A DNA stretch of 64,000 nucleotides from an uncultured Candidatus Rokubacteria bacterium (GTDB taxonomy: Bacteria > Methylomirabilota > Methylomirabilia > Rokubacteriales > DASRDR01), in assembly GCA_963826115.1 (NCBI GenBank), contig CAWGVS010000010.1, positions 32,001 to 96,000 on the forward strand, given 5' to 3'. Made by a program: the position numbers and the translations under genes. This document shows positions 9,040 through 18,577 of this stretch, piece after piece. The notes beneath the pieces were generated by a model. It had not been told where the DNA came from. It saw only the letters and a program-made list of their open reading frames with translations, and made no database searches. Each line of letters begins with the position of its first letter. Within the stretch, counting starts at the first letter, position 1.

Positions 9040-9960
9040 CTAGCCGAGCGCCTCGGCGGCGATCCGGTCGCGAAGCCGCGCGTCCGGCAGCCGTCCGTGG
9101 GCGGCCTTCATGTTGTCGCGGAGGTGCGCCACCCGCGACGTCGCGGGGATCGCGCACGTGACGGCGGGATGCGAGACGACCCACTTCAGGAGGACCTGCG
9201 CCCAGCTGTCGCAGTCGATCTCGGCCGCCCACGCCGGCAGCGGCGTCCGGCGCAGCCGGGCGAAGAGGTCTCCGCCCGCGAAGGGCCGGTTCGCGATCAT
9301 CGCCGCGCCGCGCTCCGCCGCGAGCGGCAGGAGGCGCCGCTCGGCCTCTCGCTCGCCGACCGAGTAGTTGATCTGGACGAAGTCGACCGGGCGCGCGGCG
9401 ATGAGGCGGGCGACGGCGTCGTGGCTCCCCGCCGTGTAGTGGGTGACGCCGACGTAGCGGACGCGCCCCTCGCGCTTCCACGCCGCGAGCGTGGCGAGGT
9501 GGGTGTCGGCGTCCACGAGGTTGTGCACCTGCATCAGGTCGACACGCGCCGCGCGGAGCCGGCGGAAGGACTCCTCCATCTGACGGATGCCCGCCGCCTT
9601 GCCCGTCGTCCAGACCTTGGTGGCGAGGAAGAGCTTCGACTGGGCGCCGAGCTTGGCGGCCGCGTCGCCGACGACTGCCTCGGCGCGCCCGTACATGGGC
9701 GACGAGTCGACGAGCGTGCCGCCGACCTCGACGAACGCGCCCAGCACCTCCTCGACCGCGGCGCGCTCGGCCGCGCCGGCGCCGACGTCGAAGGTCTGCC
9801 AGGTCCCGAGCCCGACGAGGGGCAGCGCCTCGCCGGTCGCGGGGATCGGCCGCGTGAGGATCGCGGAGCCCGCCGCCGCTGCGCCTGCCGTGCGCGGGTC
9901 TCCCATCGCCGCTCCCACGCTCGCCGCGCCCAGGAGGCGCAGCGCGTCTCGTCGTGTCAT
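9040..9960 (-). CDS. Aldo/keto reductase with Tat-like N-terminus
   Basis: TRRDAL; VGLGTW, DSSPMYG, LATKVW, DLMQVHNL, QINYS, IPATS. Confidence 0.9.
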   Translation of the reverse strand: MTRRDALRLLGAASVGAAMGDPRTAGAAAAGSAILTRPIPATGEALPLVGLGTWQTFDVGAGAAERAAVEEVLGAFVEVGGTLVDSSPMYGRAEAVVGDAAAKLGAQSKLFLATKVWTTGKAAGIRQMEESFRRLRAARVDLMQVHNLVDADTHLATLAAWKREGRVRYVGVTHYTAGSHDAVARLIAARPVDFVQINYSVGEREAERRLLPLAAERGAAMIANRPFAGGDLFARLRRTPLPAWAAEIDCDSWAQVLLKWVVSHPAVTCAIPATSRVAHLRDNMKAAHGRLPDARLRDRIAAEALG

Positions 9961-9985
9961 TCCGCGGCCGGACCGGCGCGGTGGG

Positions 9986-10684
9986 CTAGTCGCCGGCTCC
10001 GGCGATGTGGGCGCTCCAGTAGTGGTGCGTCTTCGCCACCACGGTGATCACGCTCTTCACCTCGTCGGTGAGCTTGAAGCCGGGATCCGCCGGCACCAGG
10101 AGCCGCTCCTCGTCGCAGCGCGCGTCGACATTCTCGAGGATGATCGTGGCGCAGAGCCAGGCGGCCATCTTCGGCGAGTCGCAGGTGACCGCGAGCCACC
10201 CGGGCGCCGCCGGCTCGGCGAAGAGCCCGGTCGTCTCCCAGATCCCCCGGCGGATCTCCGCGACCGCGTCCGGGCCATCGGACGCCGGCCGCGCGGTCGG
10301 CTCGACCCGGAGGGTGCTGTCCGGTCCGCGGTGCGGCGGCCCGCCGAAGAGCGCCAGCTCGCAGAAGCTGCTCCACATGGCGCGCCAGTCGGGCCGGCCG
10401 TCGGGCCGCCAGACGAAAGGCGCCGCCGACATCGGCGCGGCCGCCGACGGGCCGGGCTCGATGACCTCCGTGCGTCCCGGCGGGAGACCGCCGAGCGCGG
10501 CCGCGGCCTCGGGCCCGGGAGCGCCGTCGAGCCGGCAGAGCTCCACGGGGCCGCCGAGGAACTCCGCGAGGAGCCGGCACTGTCCGCGCCAGTCGTCCAG
10601 AATCGTGTACGGGAGCTCGGCCGGAGAGACGAGGACCACGCGCGTCGGCATCGCACTGTCCTGGTTGGAGTACGATGGAGCCAT
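9986..10684 (-). CDS. Conserved hypothetical protein (W..MW.SFC.LAL.GGPPHRG motif, possibly metal-binding)
   Basis: Coding-like frame with FCELALFGGPPHRG, IILENV and KTHHYW. Start is 10684 or 10651. Confidence 0.7.
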   Translation of the reverse strand: MAPSYSNQDSAMPTRVVLVSPAELPYTILDDWRGQCRLLAEFLGGPVELCRLDGAPGPEAAAALGGLPPGRTEVIEPGPSAAAPMSAAPFVWRPDGRPDWRAMWSSFCELALFGGPPHRGPDSTLRVEPTARPASDGPDAVAEIRRGIWETTGLFAEPAAPGWLAVTCDSPKMAAWLCATIILENVDARCDEERLLVPADPGFKLTDEVKSVITVVAKTHHYWSAHIAGAGD

Positions 10685-10708
10685 CACGGGATCCGAGGAG
10701 CGCGCGTC

Positions 10709-10945
10709 ATGGCCCTGTACGACTTCCGCTGCACCGTCTGCGGCCTCGAGTTCGAGGTCTCGCGGCCCATGGCCCAGGCCGCCGATCCCGCGCGCTGCCC
10801 GGTCGACGGCGCGGAGAGCCGCCGCTTCTTCACGATGCCCATGACGTTCTCCAAGGGGAGCGGCGCGTCCCTGGCCGCGCGGCCCCAGGCGTGGCGCCAC
10901 CACGGCCACCGCCACGGGCCGGGAGTCGGCCAGCACTCACACTGA
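10709..10945 (+). CDS. FmdB-family zinc-ribbon protein with His-rich tail
   Basis: MALYDFRCTVCGLEFEV..RCPVDG; GAGGAG RBS; tail HHGHRHGPGVGQHSH. Confidence 0.85.
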   Translation: MALYDFRCTVCGLEFEVSRPMAQAADPARCPVDGAESRRFFTMPMTFSKGSGASLAARPQAWRHHGHRHGPGVGQHSH

Positions 10946-11044
10946 CCGCTGCGCGGCGCCGCCGGCCGCCGGACCGGCGAGAGGCGGCCGTCCACCGCGC
11001 CAGTGTACACGTCGCGCGCCGGGGCCCCGGCGCGGCCGTCCGGA

Positions 11045-11422
11045 TCAGCTCTTGCCGCCCGCGCGGCGTCGCATCGAGTCGAGGAACGCGTCGAACTCGC
11101 CGTCGGTCGCGAACACGTCCGTCGACGGCAGGGCCTTCACGATCTCGAACACCTGACGCACCAGGGGCTGGAGGTTCGCCACCGCCACGCCGCCGCCCCG
11201 CGCCTCGAGGACCTTCCGCGATCTGACCAGCACGCGGATGCCGGCGCTCCCGATGTACTCGAGGCCGGCGAGATCGAACAGGAAGGCGGTGATGTCGGGC
11301 GACTCGAGAAGCGGCTCGAGCCGCGCCTCGAGCGCCGGCGCGGTCTCCGTGTCGAGGCGCCCGCGGAGCGCGACGCGACGGCCGCCGGAGCCCACCGCGG
11401 TGATCTGGATGTCCAGCCCCAT
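11045..11422 (-). CDS. STAS-domain anti-sigma factor antagonist
   Basis: LRGRLDTETAP, DLAGLEYIGSAGIRVL, VRQVFEI. Confidence 0.88.
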   Translation of the reverse strand: MGLDIQITAVGSGGRRVALRGRLDTETAPALEARLEPLLESPDITAFLFDLAGLEYIGSAGIRVLVRSRKVLEARGGGVAVANLQPLVRQVFEIVKALPSTDVFATDGEFDAFLDSMRRRAGGKS

Positions 11423-11543
11423 GCCGCCTCCCCGCGCGCCGCGTGGTCGCGCCCCGGTGGATCGTCCCGTCCTGGCCGTCGTCCCGGCCCGCCAGACCAG
11501 TCTACGCGAGAAGTCGCGGACCGCTCCGCCCGCCGACGCGCCC

Positions 11544-12587
11544 TCAGTATCCGTCCCGGCCGCGCGCCGCGACGACCTTCCCGCGATGCAGCCGGAAGAG
11601 CAGGACGAAGTAGGCGACGGCCAGGGGGGCGCCGATGATCCACCAGCGAAGCGCGATCACCAGGCTCGCCGCCGGCACGCTCGCGTTGTGAACGGTGAGG
11701 GAGGCGCCCTCGCCGATCGCGCGCAGCATCACCGGGAAGACGCACGCCGCCGTCGCGCCCAGCATGCCGGCCACGAAGGCGCAGGAGCCCAGGAACGCCC
11801 GGAGCGGCCGGTCTCCGCGCAGGCCCCGATGGACGGCGAGGAGACCCGCCACGGCCACGAGGAGCGCGAGCCACGCCACGGGCCGCCCGGGCACCGCCGC
11901 CAGCATCGGCGCGTTCACGAGCCAGGTCGCCACCGTCAGGAGGGGCCAGAGGACGGCGACCGCGCCGTAGAGCCATCCGGCCGCGCGCCGGCTCCGCTCG
12001 TGCACCGGCCCGTCCGTCTTCCACAGGAGGAACGTCGCCCCGTGGCCGGCGAGCGCGACCAGCGCGAACACGCCGGCGAGGATCGTGTACCAGTCGAGGA
12101 TGCCGACCGGCGCCCGCGCCGTGAAGTCGGTGAAGAGCGGCAGCTCGAACCAGCCCTCCTGGTCGAGGGGCAGGCCGCGCACGAGGTTCCCGAACGCGGC
12201 GCCGAACAGGACCGGCAGGAGCGCGCTCGCGACGACGAAGCCCGCGTCCCAGCCCGCGCGCCACAGGGGGTGGTCCACGTCGCTGCGGAATTTGACCGAG
12301 ATCCCGCGCAGGACGAGGATCCAGAGCACGAGGAAGAACGCGACGTAGAACCCCGAGAGGCCCGACGCGAGCGCCCGGGGGAAGGCCACGAACAAGGCGC
12401 CGCCGGCCGCGAGCAGCCAGACCTCGTTCCCGTGCCAGTAGGGCCCGATGGCGCCGAGGACTTGCCGGCGCTCCGGGTCGCTTCGAGCGACGAACAGGTG
12501 GAGCGCGCCGGCGCCGAGGTCGAAGCCGTCGAGCACGACGTACGCGGTCAGCATCCCCGCCGTGATGGCGAACCAGAGCTCAGCCAC
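11544..12587 (-). CDS. cydB: Cytochrome bd ubiquinol oxidase subunit II
   Basis: YVVLDGFDLG, IGPYWHGNEVWL, FAFP-like segment, GNLVRGLP. Confidence 0.92.
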   Translation of the reverse strand: MAELWFAITAGMLTAYVVLDGFDLGAGALHLFVARSDPERRQVLGAIGPYWHGNEVWLLAAGGALFVAFPRALASGLSGFYVAFFLVLWILVLRGISVKFRSDVDHPLWRAGWDAGFVVASALLPVLFGAAFGNLVRGLPLDQEGWFELPLFTDFTARAPVGILDWYTILAGVFALVALAGHGATFLLWKTDGPVHERSRRAAGWLYGAVAVLWPLLTVATWLVNAPMLAAVPGRPVAWLALLVAVAGLLAVHRGLRGDRPLRAFLGSCAFVAGMLGATAACVFPVMLRAIGEGASLTVHNASVPAASLVIALRWWIIGAPLAVAYFVLLFRLHRGKVVAARGRDGY

Positions 12588-13953
12588 GGGACACCGCGCC
12601 GGTGCCGAGCGGGGACGGCGAGGCGCGGTCGTCGAGCGGCCCCGGCCCGTGGGCGATCTCGCGCCCGATCAGGAAGAGGAAGAGGATGCCCAGCACGAGG
12701 TAGAGGCCGGTGAAGCCGATGAGCGTGAAGAGCGCGGTTCCGGAGTGCACCTTCGGGCTCACGCCGTCCGCGGTGCGCATGAGGCCGTAGACGAGCCACG
12801 GCTGACGCCCGAGCTCGGCCGTCATCCACCCGGTGGTGGTGGCGATGTACGGGAAGGGGAAGGCCAGCATGAGCGTCCACAGCATCGCCCGTGACCGGAC
12901 GAGCGCGCCGCGCGCCTCGAGCCAGGCCGCGAGGCCCATGACGAGGATGAACAGGGTCCCGAGACCCGCCATGATGTGGAACGCGTAGTAGAGCAGCTCG
13001 ATGTTGTCGGGCCACAGGTCCTCGGGGAACTCGGTCAGGCCCTTCACGTTGCTGTGGAAGGTCCCGTAGGCGAGGAAGCTCAAGAAGCCGGGGAGGACGA
13101 TGGGGTTGTCGAGCCGGCGCTCCCGGACGTTCGGCTGGCCGATCATCACGATGCCGGCGCCGCGCTCGCTCTCGAAGTGCCCCTCCATCGCGGCCAGCGC
13201 CACCGGCTGGTAACGCGCGACGAGCTTGGCCTGGTGGTCCCCCGTCGGGAACGCGACCAGGACGCTCGACACGAGGCCGGCCACGACGCCGACCCGGAGG
13301 AAGCGCGGCGCGTAGTCAGGATGGAGCCCCTGGAGCGCGTAGTAGGCGCCGACCGCCGCCACCACGAAGGAGGCGGTGACCACGCTGGCCGCCATGTTGT
13401 GGGCGTACTGCGCCAGCGCCCACGGGTTCAGGAGGAACTCCCAGAAGTCGGCGAGCTGGAGCGTGCCGTCGGCGGCGACCACGTGGCCCACCGGGTGCTG
13501 CATGAAGGCGTTGGTCGCGATGATGAAGTACCCGGACAGCCAGCTGCCGACGAAGAGCGCCAGGGCGGCCAGGAAGTGCCCGCGCCGGCCGAGACGGCGC
13601 TCGCCGAAGACCAGGAGCCCGAGGAAGCTCGACTCCAGGAAGAACGCGAACAGGCCCTCCATCGCGAGGGTCTGGCCGATGACGCCGCCCGCGTAGCGGG
13701 AGAAGTTCGCCCAGTTGGTGCCGAACTGGAACTCCATCGGGATGCCCGTGACCACGCCGACCGCGAAGTTCAGACCAAAGATCTTGATCCAGAAGCGCGC
13801 CGCGTCGTTCCACCGCTCGCCCGACGCGCGGAGGCCGAGGGTCTTCATCACCACGATGAGGAGGGCGAGGCCCATCGTGAGCTGCGGGAACAGGTAGTGG
13901 AAGACGATGGTGAACGCGAACTGGAGGCGGTGCCACAGGAGCGGGTCGGACAT
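12580..13953 (-). CDS. cydA: Cytochrome bd ubiquinol oxidase subunit I
   Basis: RLQFAFT..FHYLF, GIPMEFQFGTNW, EGLFAFFLES, GWMTAELGRQPW. Confidence 0.95.
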   Translation of the reverse strand: MSDPLLWHRLQFAFTIVFHYLFPQLTMGLALLIVVMKTLGLRASGERWNDAARFWIKIFGLNFAVGVVTGIPMEFQFGTNWANFSRYAGGVIGQTLAMEGLFAFFLESSFLGLLVFGERRLGRRGHFLAALALFVGSWLSGYFIIATNAFMQHPVGHVVAADGTLQLADFWEFLLNPWALAQYAHNMAASVVTASFVVAAVGAYYALQGLHPDYAPRFLRVGVVAGLVSSVLVAFPTGDHQAKLVARYQPVALAAMEGHFESERGAGIVMIGQPNVRERRLDNPIVLPGFLSFLAYGTFHSNVKGLTEFPEDLWPDNIELLYYAFHIMAGLGTLFILVMGLAAWLEARGALVRSRAMLWTLMLAFPFPYIATTTGWMTAELGRQPWLVYGLMRTADGVSPKVHSGTALFTLIGFTGLYLVLGILFLFLIGREIAHGPGPLDDRASPSPLGTGAVSRG

Positions 13954-14033
13954 GCGGCGGTCCCTCCGTGCCGGGGTCGGGCGCCCGTCAGAGTAGACGA
14001 GTCGCCAGGCGGTGGCCAGAGGGGGCGGGGAGT

Positions 14034-14063
14034 CCGGACCCGGGCGGGGTCGCCCGGGTCCGG
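14034..14063. terminator. Perfect 13-bp hairpin between nirK and cydA
   Basis: ccggacccgggcg-gggt-cgcccgggtccgg. No U-tract, so it may be a terminator or a stabiliser. Confidence 0.5.
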
Positions 14064-14082
14064 CTTGGAGCGACCGGCGCGA

Positions 14083-15564
14083 CTAGTGCCCGGTCATGCT
14101 CGGGGCGCCGTCGCCGTGGAACACCTGCGGATTGTCCGGGCCCTCGACGACCAGGAACCCGGCAAGCCCCCGCTCGAGGCGCGACAGGGCATGGTCCACG
14201 AGGATGTAGCGGCCCGGCACCTGGAGCTTGAACTCGACGATCGCGGCGCCGCCGGCGGGGACCAACGTCGTCTGCACGTTGGTGGCCCCCGGCGAGCCGA
14301 CGGCGGCCTGGTCGTAGACCCGGTCGAAGATTTCCCCGATCACGTGGAACGAGGAGGTCGCGTTCGGGCCGCCCACGCCGAAGAAGATCCGCACCGTCTC
14401 CCCGACCTTTGCCTTCATCGGGTGCTCGGTCGTGAGCGCGCCCACCGCGCCGTTGAAGACGAAGTACTCGGCGCGCTCGGCGAGGAGCTTCTCGACGCTG
14501 AACTCGTCGTGTCCCCGCTGCCCGAAGGCCCGGTCGGTGTAGATCTCGCCCTGCATCACGTAGAACTCGCGGTCCACCTTCGGGAGCCCCTCGGCCGGCT
14601 CCACGAGGATGAGCCCGTACATGCCGCTGGTGATGTGGTTGGCCACCATCGGCGTTGCGCAGTGGTAGACGTACAGGCCCGGGTTCAGCGCCTTGAAGCG
14701 GAACGCCTTCGTCTCGCCCGGCGGCGTCTGGGTCAAGACCGCGCCGCCCCCGGGTCCCGTGACCGCGTGCAGGTCGACGGAGTGGATCATCCGGCTCGTG
14801 TCGCGGTTCTTGAACGTGAGCTGGACCGTGTCGCCGACGCGCACGCGGAGGAACGGCCCCGGAACCTTGCCGTTGAAGGTCCAGTAGGTGTACGTGGTCT
14901 CGTTCGCGAGCTTCCCGACGAGCTCCACCGCCTCCAGCTCGACCGACACCGTGCGGGGCGCCGCCGCCGCCGGGAGCGGGCCCGGGAGGTCCGCAGGATC
15001 CCGCACGATGCTGACCGACGGCGGCAGCGCGGCAACCGCGGGCTTGCCGCCGCCCACGACGATCTTGCCCTCCATGCCCGCCTGGCGATGCCCGGGCAGG
15101 GAGCAGAAGTACGCGAACTCACCGGCCTTGTCCGCGCGGAACACGGTGACGCTGCTGGCGCCCTTTCGGTTCACGCGGTCGGTGGCCGCCTTGAAGTCCG
15201 GAAGCACCACGTCGTGCTCGACGCCGTCGCCGTTGATCAGGCCGAGCTGCACGACGTCGCCCTCGGCGACGCGGAGGGTCGGGTTCACGACGCCCTCGAT
15301 GTCGCCGCCGACGCCCACGAAGGCCATCTTGCCCTCCGCCAGCTCGGTGCGGAGGCGGAAGCGGACGGTCGGCGTGTATTCCACGCCTGGGCTCTGCTTG
15401 GACGCCTTCGCGGCGGGAGCCTGGCGCGGGGGCGCCGCGGGCCGGCCGCCCTGGGCCATGTGCGGCTTCCCCTCCATGTGGGGCATCTGGGCGCCCACCA
15501 TGGGGACGAGGGCCGGCGCGAGCAGCGCGACGGCGCAGAGGAGAGACGTCACGACGGCGATCAT
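14083..15564 (-). CDS. nirK: Copper-containing nitrite reductase with an extra N-terminal cupredoxin domain
   Basis: Signal peptide; N-domain EHD..YFCSLPGHRQAGM; core HSVDLHAV, YHCATPMVANHITSGM, SSFHVIGEIFD, LVDH. Confidence 0.92.
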   Translation of the reverse strand: MIAVVTSLLCAVALLAPALVPMVGAQMPHMEGKPHMAQGGRPAAPPRQAPAAKASKQSPGVEYTPTVRFRLRTELAEGKMAFVGVGGDIEGVVNPTLRVAEGDVVQLGLINGDGVEHDVVLPDFKAATDRVNRKGASSVTVFRADKAGEFAYFCSLPGHRQAGMEGKIVVGGGKPAVAALPPSVSIVRDPADLPGPLPAAAAPRTVSVELEAVELVGKLANETTYTYWTFNGKVPGPFLRVRVGDTVQLTFKNRDTSRMIHSVDLHAVTGPGGGAVLTQTPPGETKAFRFKALNPGLYVYHCATPMVANHITSGMYGLILVEPAEGLPKVDREFYVMQGEIYTDRAFGQRGHDEFSVEKLLAERAEYFVFNGAVGALTTEHPMKAKVGETVRIFFGVGGPNATSSFHVIGEIFDRVYDQAAVGSPGATNVQTTLVPAGGAAIVEFKLQVPGRYILVDHALSRLERGLAGFLVVEGPDNPQVFHGDGAPSMTGH

Positions 15565-15625
15565 GGCTCCGTCCTTTCCGCCGGGGCCTGGTGCTCCCGG
15601 CTTCGTCGGTCCGACGGACGGGGAG

Positions 15626-15641
15626 TGCACCGACGGTGCCA
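15626..15641 (-). promoter_or_regulatory. sigma-54 -24/-12 promoter candidate for nirK
   Basis: TGGCACCGTCGGTGCA (GG-N10-GC), about 60 bp upstream of the ATG. Confidence 0.6.
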
Positions 15642-15745
15642 GCACAGGGCACGAGGGCGAGCGTGGGTTTACGCGGAGATGCAGAGCGGGCGTCCGGGGC
15701 GGTTGGCCCACGCGCGCCCCACTGGGGCCGGACGGGGGCAGCGGT

Positions 15746-16672
15746 TCAGCCGGATGTCGCGGTGGCGTCCGGGACGCCCGGGCCGACCGTGAGGACGGCG
15801 CAGGGCGAGGCCTGCACGACGTGCTCCGCGACGGAGCCGAGCGCCCAGCGTGCGAGCGCCGAGCGTCCGTGCGTGCCCATCACGGTGACGTCGGCGGCGC
15901 GGAGCGCGGTCCACCGGAGGATCTCCTCCGCCGGCCAGCCCCGCGCGATGAGGATGTCGGGCCGCCGTGCCAGCGCGCGGTGCGCGTGGAGGAACCGCTC
16001 GACGCGGTCGACTGCCTGCTCGTGGATGTGCTGCGCGATCCGCCCGAGCGCGCCGGCCGGGAAACCCGGCTCGGCGGCCGGCAGCGCGGCGACGTGAAGG
16101 ACGTCGATCTCCGCGCCCGCGGCCTCGGCGATCGCGACCGCCCAGGGCCAGGCGGCGGTCGCCGCCGGCGAAAAATCGGTCGCGTAGGCGATTCGCGCGA
16201 TCCGACTCGCCGGCCGCGGCGCGGCGCCCGCCCCGGGCGGCACCGTGAGGACCGGGCCGCACGCCTCGGCCAGGATCCGTCCGGCACCGCGCCCGAGGAC
16301 GCTCTCGCGCAGCGGGTCCCGCGCCGAGGACCCGAGGACGATGACGGCGCCCGGACGCTCGCGGGCGATCGCGAGGACTCGCCTCGCCGGCGGGCCGAGC
16401 TCGATCCGCGGCGTGACCGTGACGCAGCGGTGGGTCCGGCTCGCGACGAGGCGGTCCAGCTCGCGGCGGGCCGCGCGATACCTGTCCTTGTCGACGTCGT
16501 CGATCAGGATCGGGGGCAGGCCCGGCCCGACCGGCGTGACGGGCGCCGACAGGACATGGAGGAGCACCACGTCGGCATGGAAGAGGCGCCCGAGCCGCTG
16601 GGCCTGCTCGAGCGCCGCGTGCGCGCCCGGCGAGAGGTCGGTCGCGCACAGGATCCACTGGACCGTCGTCAC
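15746..16672 (-). CDS. Universal stress protein (tandem USP domains)
   Basis: ILCATDLS..VVLLHV; IAYATDFS..VMGTHGRS..LGSVAEHVVQASPCAVLTV. Confidence 0.9.
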   Translation of the reverse strand: MTTVQWILCATDLSPGAHAALEQAQRLGRLFHADVVLLHVLSAPVTPVGPGLPPILIDDVDKDRYRAARRELDRLVASRTHRCVTVTPRIELGPPARRVLAIARERPGAVIVLGSSARDPLRESVLGRGAGRILAEACGPVLTVPPGAGAAPRPASRIARIAYATDFSPAATAAWPWAVAIAEAAGAEIDVLHVAALPAAEPGFPAGALGRIAQHIHEQAVDRVERFLHAHRALARRPDILIARGWPAEEILRWTALRAADVTVMGTHGRSALARWALGSVAEHVVQASPCAVLTVGPGVPDATATSG

Positions 16673-17136
16673 GATGCGCGGGCCGCCTTCGTCCCGCCGG
16701 CGGTCGCCCGGAACAGGAGGACGGGGACGGGCGAGGCCCGCAGCACCGCCTCCGCCACCGAGCCGAAGAGGAGGCGACCCACCCCCGAGCGTCCGTGGGT
16801 GGTCATCGCGATGAGATCGGCGCCGGCCGCGGCGGCGACGGCGACGATCTCGTCGGCGGCCCGCCCGAGCTGGAGGCGGCGCTGGACGCGCAGGCCCTTC
16901 TGCACCAGGCGTCGCTCGAGCGTGGCCAGGTACTGCTTGGCCTCCAGCTCCTGCACGAGCAGCGCGTCCGGCGCCACGATCCCGGCGCTCGCCATCACCT
17001 CGCCCGCCGACGGCCATTCGATCACGCGGAGGAGCACGACCTCCGCGTCGAGGGGACCGGCCACCTTCTCGACGAACGGGAGGATGGCTTCGGCCTGCTC
17101 GGACCCATCCAGCGGCACCAAGACGCGCGCGTACAT
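16669..17136 (-). CDS. Universal stress protein
   Basis: VLVPLDGS, DLIAMTTHGRSG, FGSVAEAVLRASPVPVL. Confidence 0.93.
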   Translation of the reverse strand: MYARVLVPLDGSEQAEAILPFVEKVAGPLDAEVVLLRVIEWPSAGEVMASAGIVAPDALLVQELEAKQYLATLERRLVQKGLRVQRRLQLGRAADEIVAVAAAAGADLIAMTTHGRSGVGRLLFGSVAEAVLRASPVPVLLFRATAGGTKAARAS

Positions 17137-17183
17137 GCTCGACCTCCGTCGCGCCCGCCCCGACGGTCGCGGGCGTCCTGTCG

Positions 17184-17199
17184 TGCAACCGGAGTGCCG
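17184..17199 (-). promoter_or_regulatory. sigma-54 promoter candidate for the usp-usp unit
   Basis: CGGCACTCCGGTTGCA, a near-consensus match about 48 bp upstream of ATG 17136. Confidence 0.7.
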
Positions 17200-17236
17200 G
17201 CAGGGAGGCGGGGAGAACTCCGCGACTTTCCGCGCG

Positions 17237-18568
17237 TCAGCGCGGACGGGCGACCTGGCGGACCGGCGCGCGGGGTGGGGCGGGCGTGACCCGGTCCGGG
17301 CGCAACCGCCCCACGAGGAGGCCGACGACCGCCAGGGCGGCGGTGGCGGCGAGGCTTGGCAAGCCGGTGTGAAGGAGGAGCCACCCGCAGAGCGCGACCG
17401 CCAGGAGCGGCAGCGCGAGGTCCATGGCGCGCCGGGCGCGCGTCCCGCCGGCCACCCGACGCGCCGCGAGCCACGGCAGGCTCAGGTTCACGAGGACGAA
17501 GCTCGCCAGGACCGCGCCGTCGGTGAGACTCGCGGCCCGCGCGAGATCGCCGATGAGGACGAGGGCGACCGTGACCGCGAGGACGGCGAGCGTTGCGCAC
17601 AACGGCACGCGGCGGCCGCCGATGCGCCCGAGGGCCGCCGGCAGCACGCCGGCCGCGGCCATGCCGTGGACGGAGCGGGCCGCCGCGACGAGGAGGAGCA
17701 GGACGGTGTTCCCGGTCGCGGCCAGCGCGACCACGCTGATGGCGGCGTCCGCCCGGTCGCCTAGGACCTGCTGGGCGACGAGGGCGAGCGGCGCGGCGGA
17801 GGCGGCGAGGTCACGCCATGGGACCGCCGCCGTCGCCGAGAGGGCCACCAGGACGTAGATCAGCGTGGCGCCGACCATCGAGACGGCGAGCGCCCGCGGC
17901 AGGTCCCGTTCGGGCCGCTCCATCTCCTCGGCGAGGTTTCCCAGCTCGTCGAAGCCGAGGTAGGCGAAGAAGATGAGCGCGGCCGCCGCGGACAGGCCGC
18001 CGAAGCCCTCGGGCGCGTCCAAATAGTCGAGACGGGGCCAGCCGGGCAGCCCGATCACGATCACGAACAGGAGGCCCGCCGCCTCCACCAGGGTCAGCGC
18101 GAGCGCGAGGCCGATCGACTCCCCGATGCCGACGAGCACGACGAGCCCCGAGACCAGGACGACGCCGACGGCGCTCGCCACGACGGGAGTCCCGACGAGG
18201 TGCGCGAGGTAGCCGCCGAATCCGAGCGCGACCGTCGCGATCGCGAGGAGGTCGGCGATCAGCATGAGCCAGCCCGCGACGAACCCGACCCGCGGCCCGA
18301 ACGCGAGCGACGTGTACTGGAACTCGGGGGAGTTCTTCGGCCGGAGCGAGCCGAGCCGGGCGTACGAGTAGGCGGTGAGGCCCGCGGCGGCGCCCGCGAG
18401 GACGAAGGCGAGCCACAGTGCGCCGCCCGCTCGCGCGGCGGCAGGGCCGATGAGCGCGTAGACACCGGCCCCGAGGATGACTCCGATCCCGGCGAGCGAG
18501 ACCTGCCACAGGCGGAGCGTCCGCCGGAGCGTGGGCCCGGAGGGCGCCGGCCCTGAGGCGGACGTCGT
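17237..18568 (-). CDS. APC-family amino acid permease; no canonical start codon (ACG after RBS)
   Basis: The frame is open from the usp stop: TLRRTLRLWQ..GIGVILGAGVYAL..YSYARL..FFAYLGFDELGNLAEE. AGGAG lies 6 nt before ACG at 18568; the first in-frame ATG is at 18265. Confidence 0.85.
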   Translation of the reverse strand, partial: TTSASGPAPSGPTLRRTLRLWQVSLAGIGVILGAGVYALIGPAAARAGGALWLAFVLAGAAAGLTAYSYARLGSLRPKNSPEFQYTSLAFGPRVGFVAGWLMLIADLLAIATVALGFGGYLAHLVGTPVVASAVGVVLVSGLVVLVGIGESIGLALALTLVEAAGLLFVIVIGLPGWPRLDYLDAPEGFGGLSAAAALIFFAYLGFDELGNLAEEMERPERDLPRALAVSMVGATLIYVLVALSATAAVPWRDLAASAAPLALVAQQVLGDRADAAISVVALAATGNTVLLLLVAAARSVHGMAAAGVLPAALGRIGGRRVPLCATLAVLAVTVALVLIGDLARAASLTDGAVLASFVLVNLSLPWLAARRVAGGTRARRAMDLALPLLAVALCGWLLLHTGLPSLAATAALAVVGLLVGRLRPDRVTPAPPRAPVRQVARPR

Positions 18569-18577
18569 GACGCGCTC

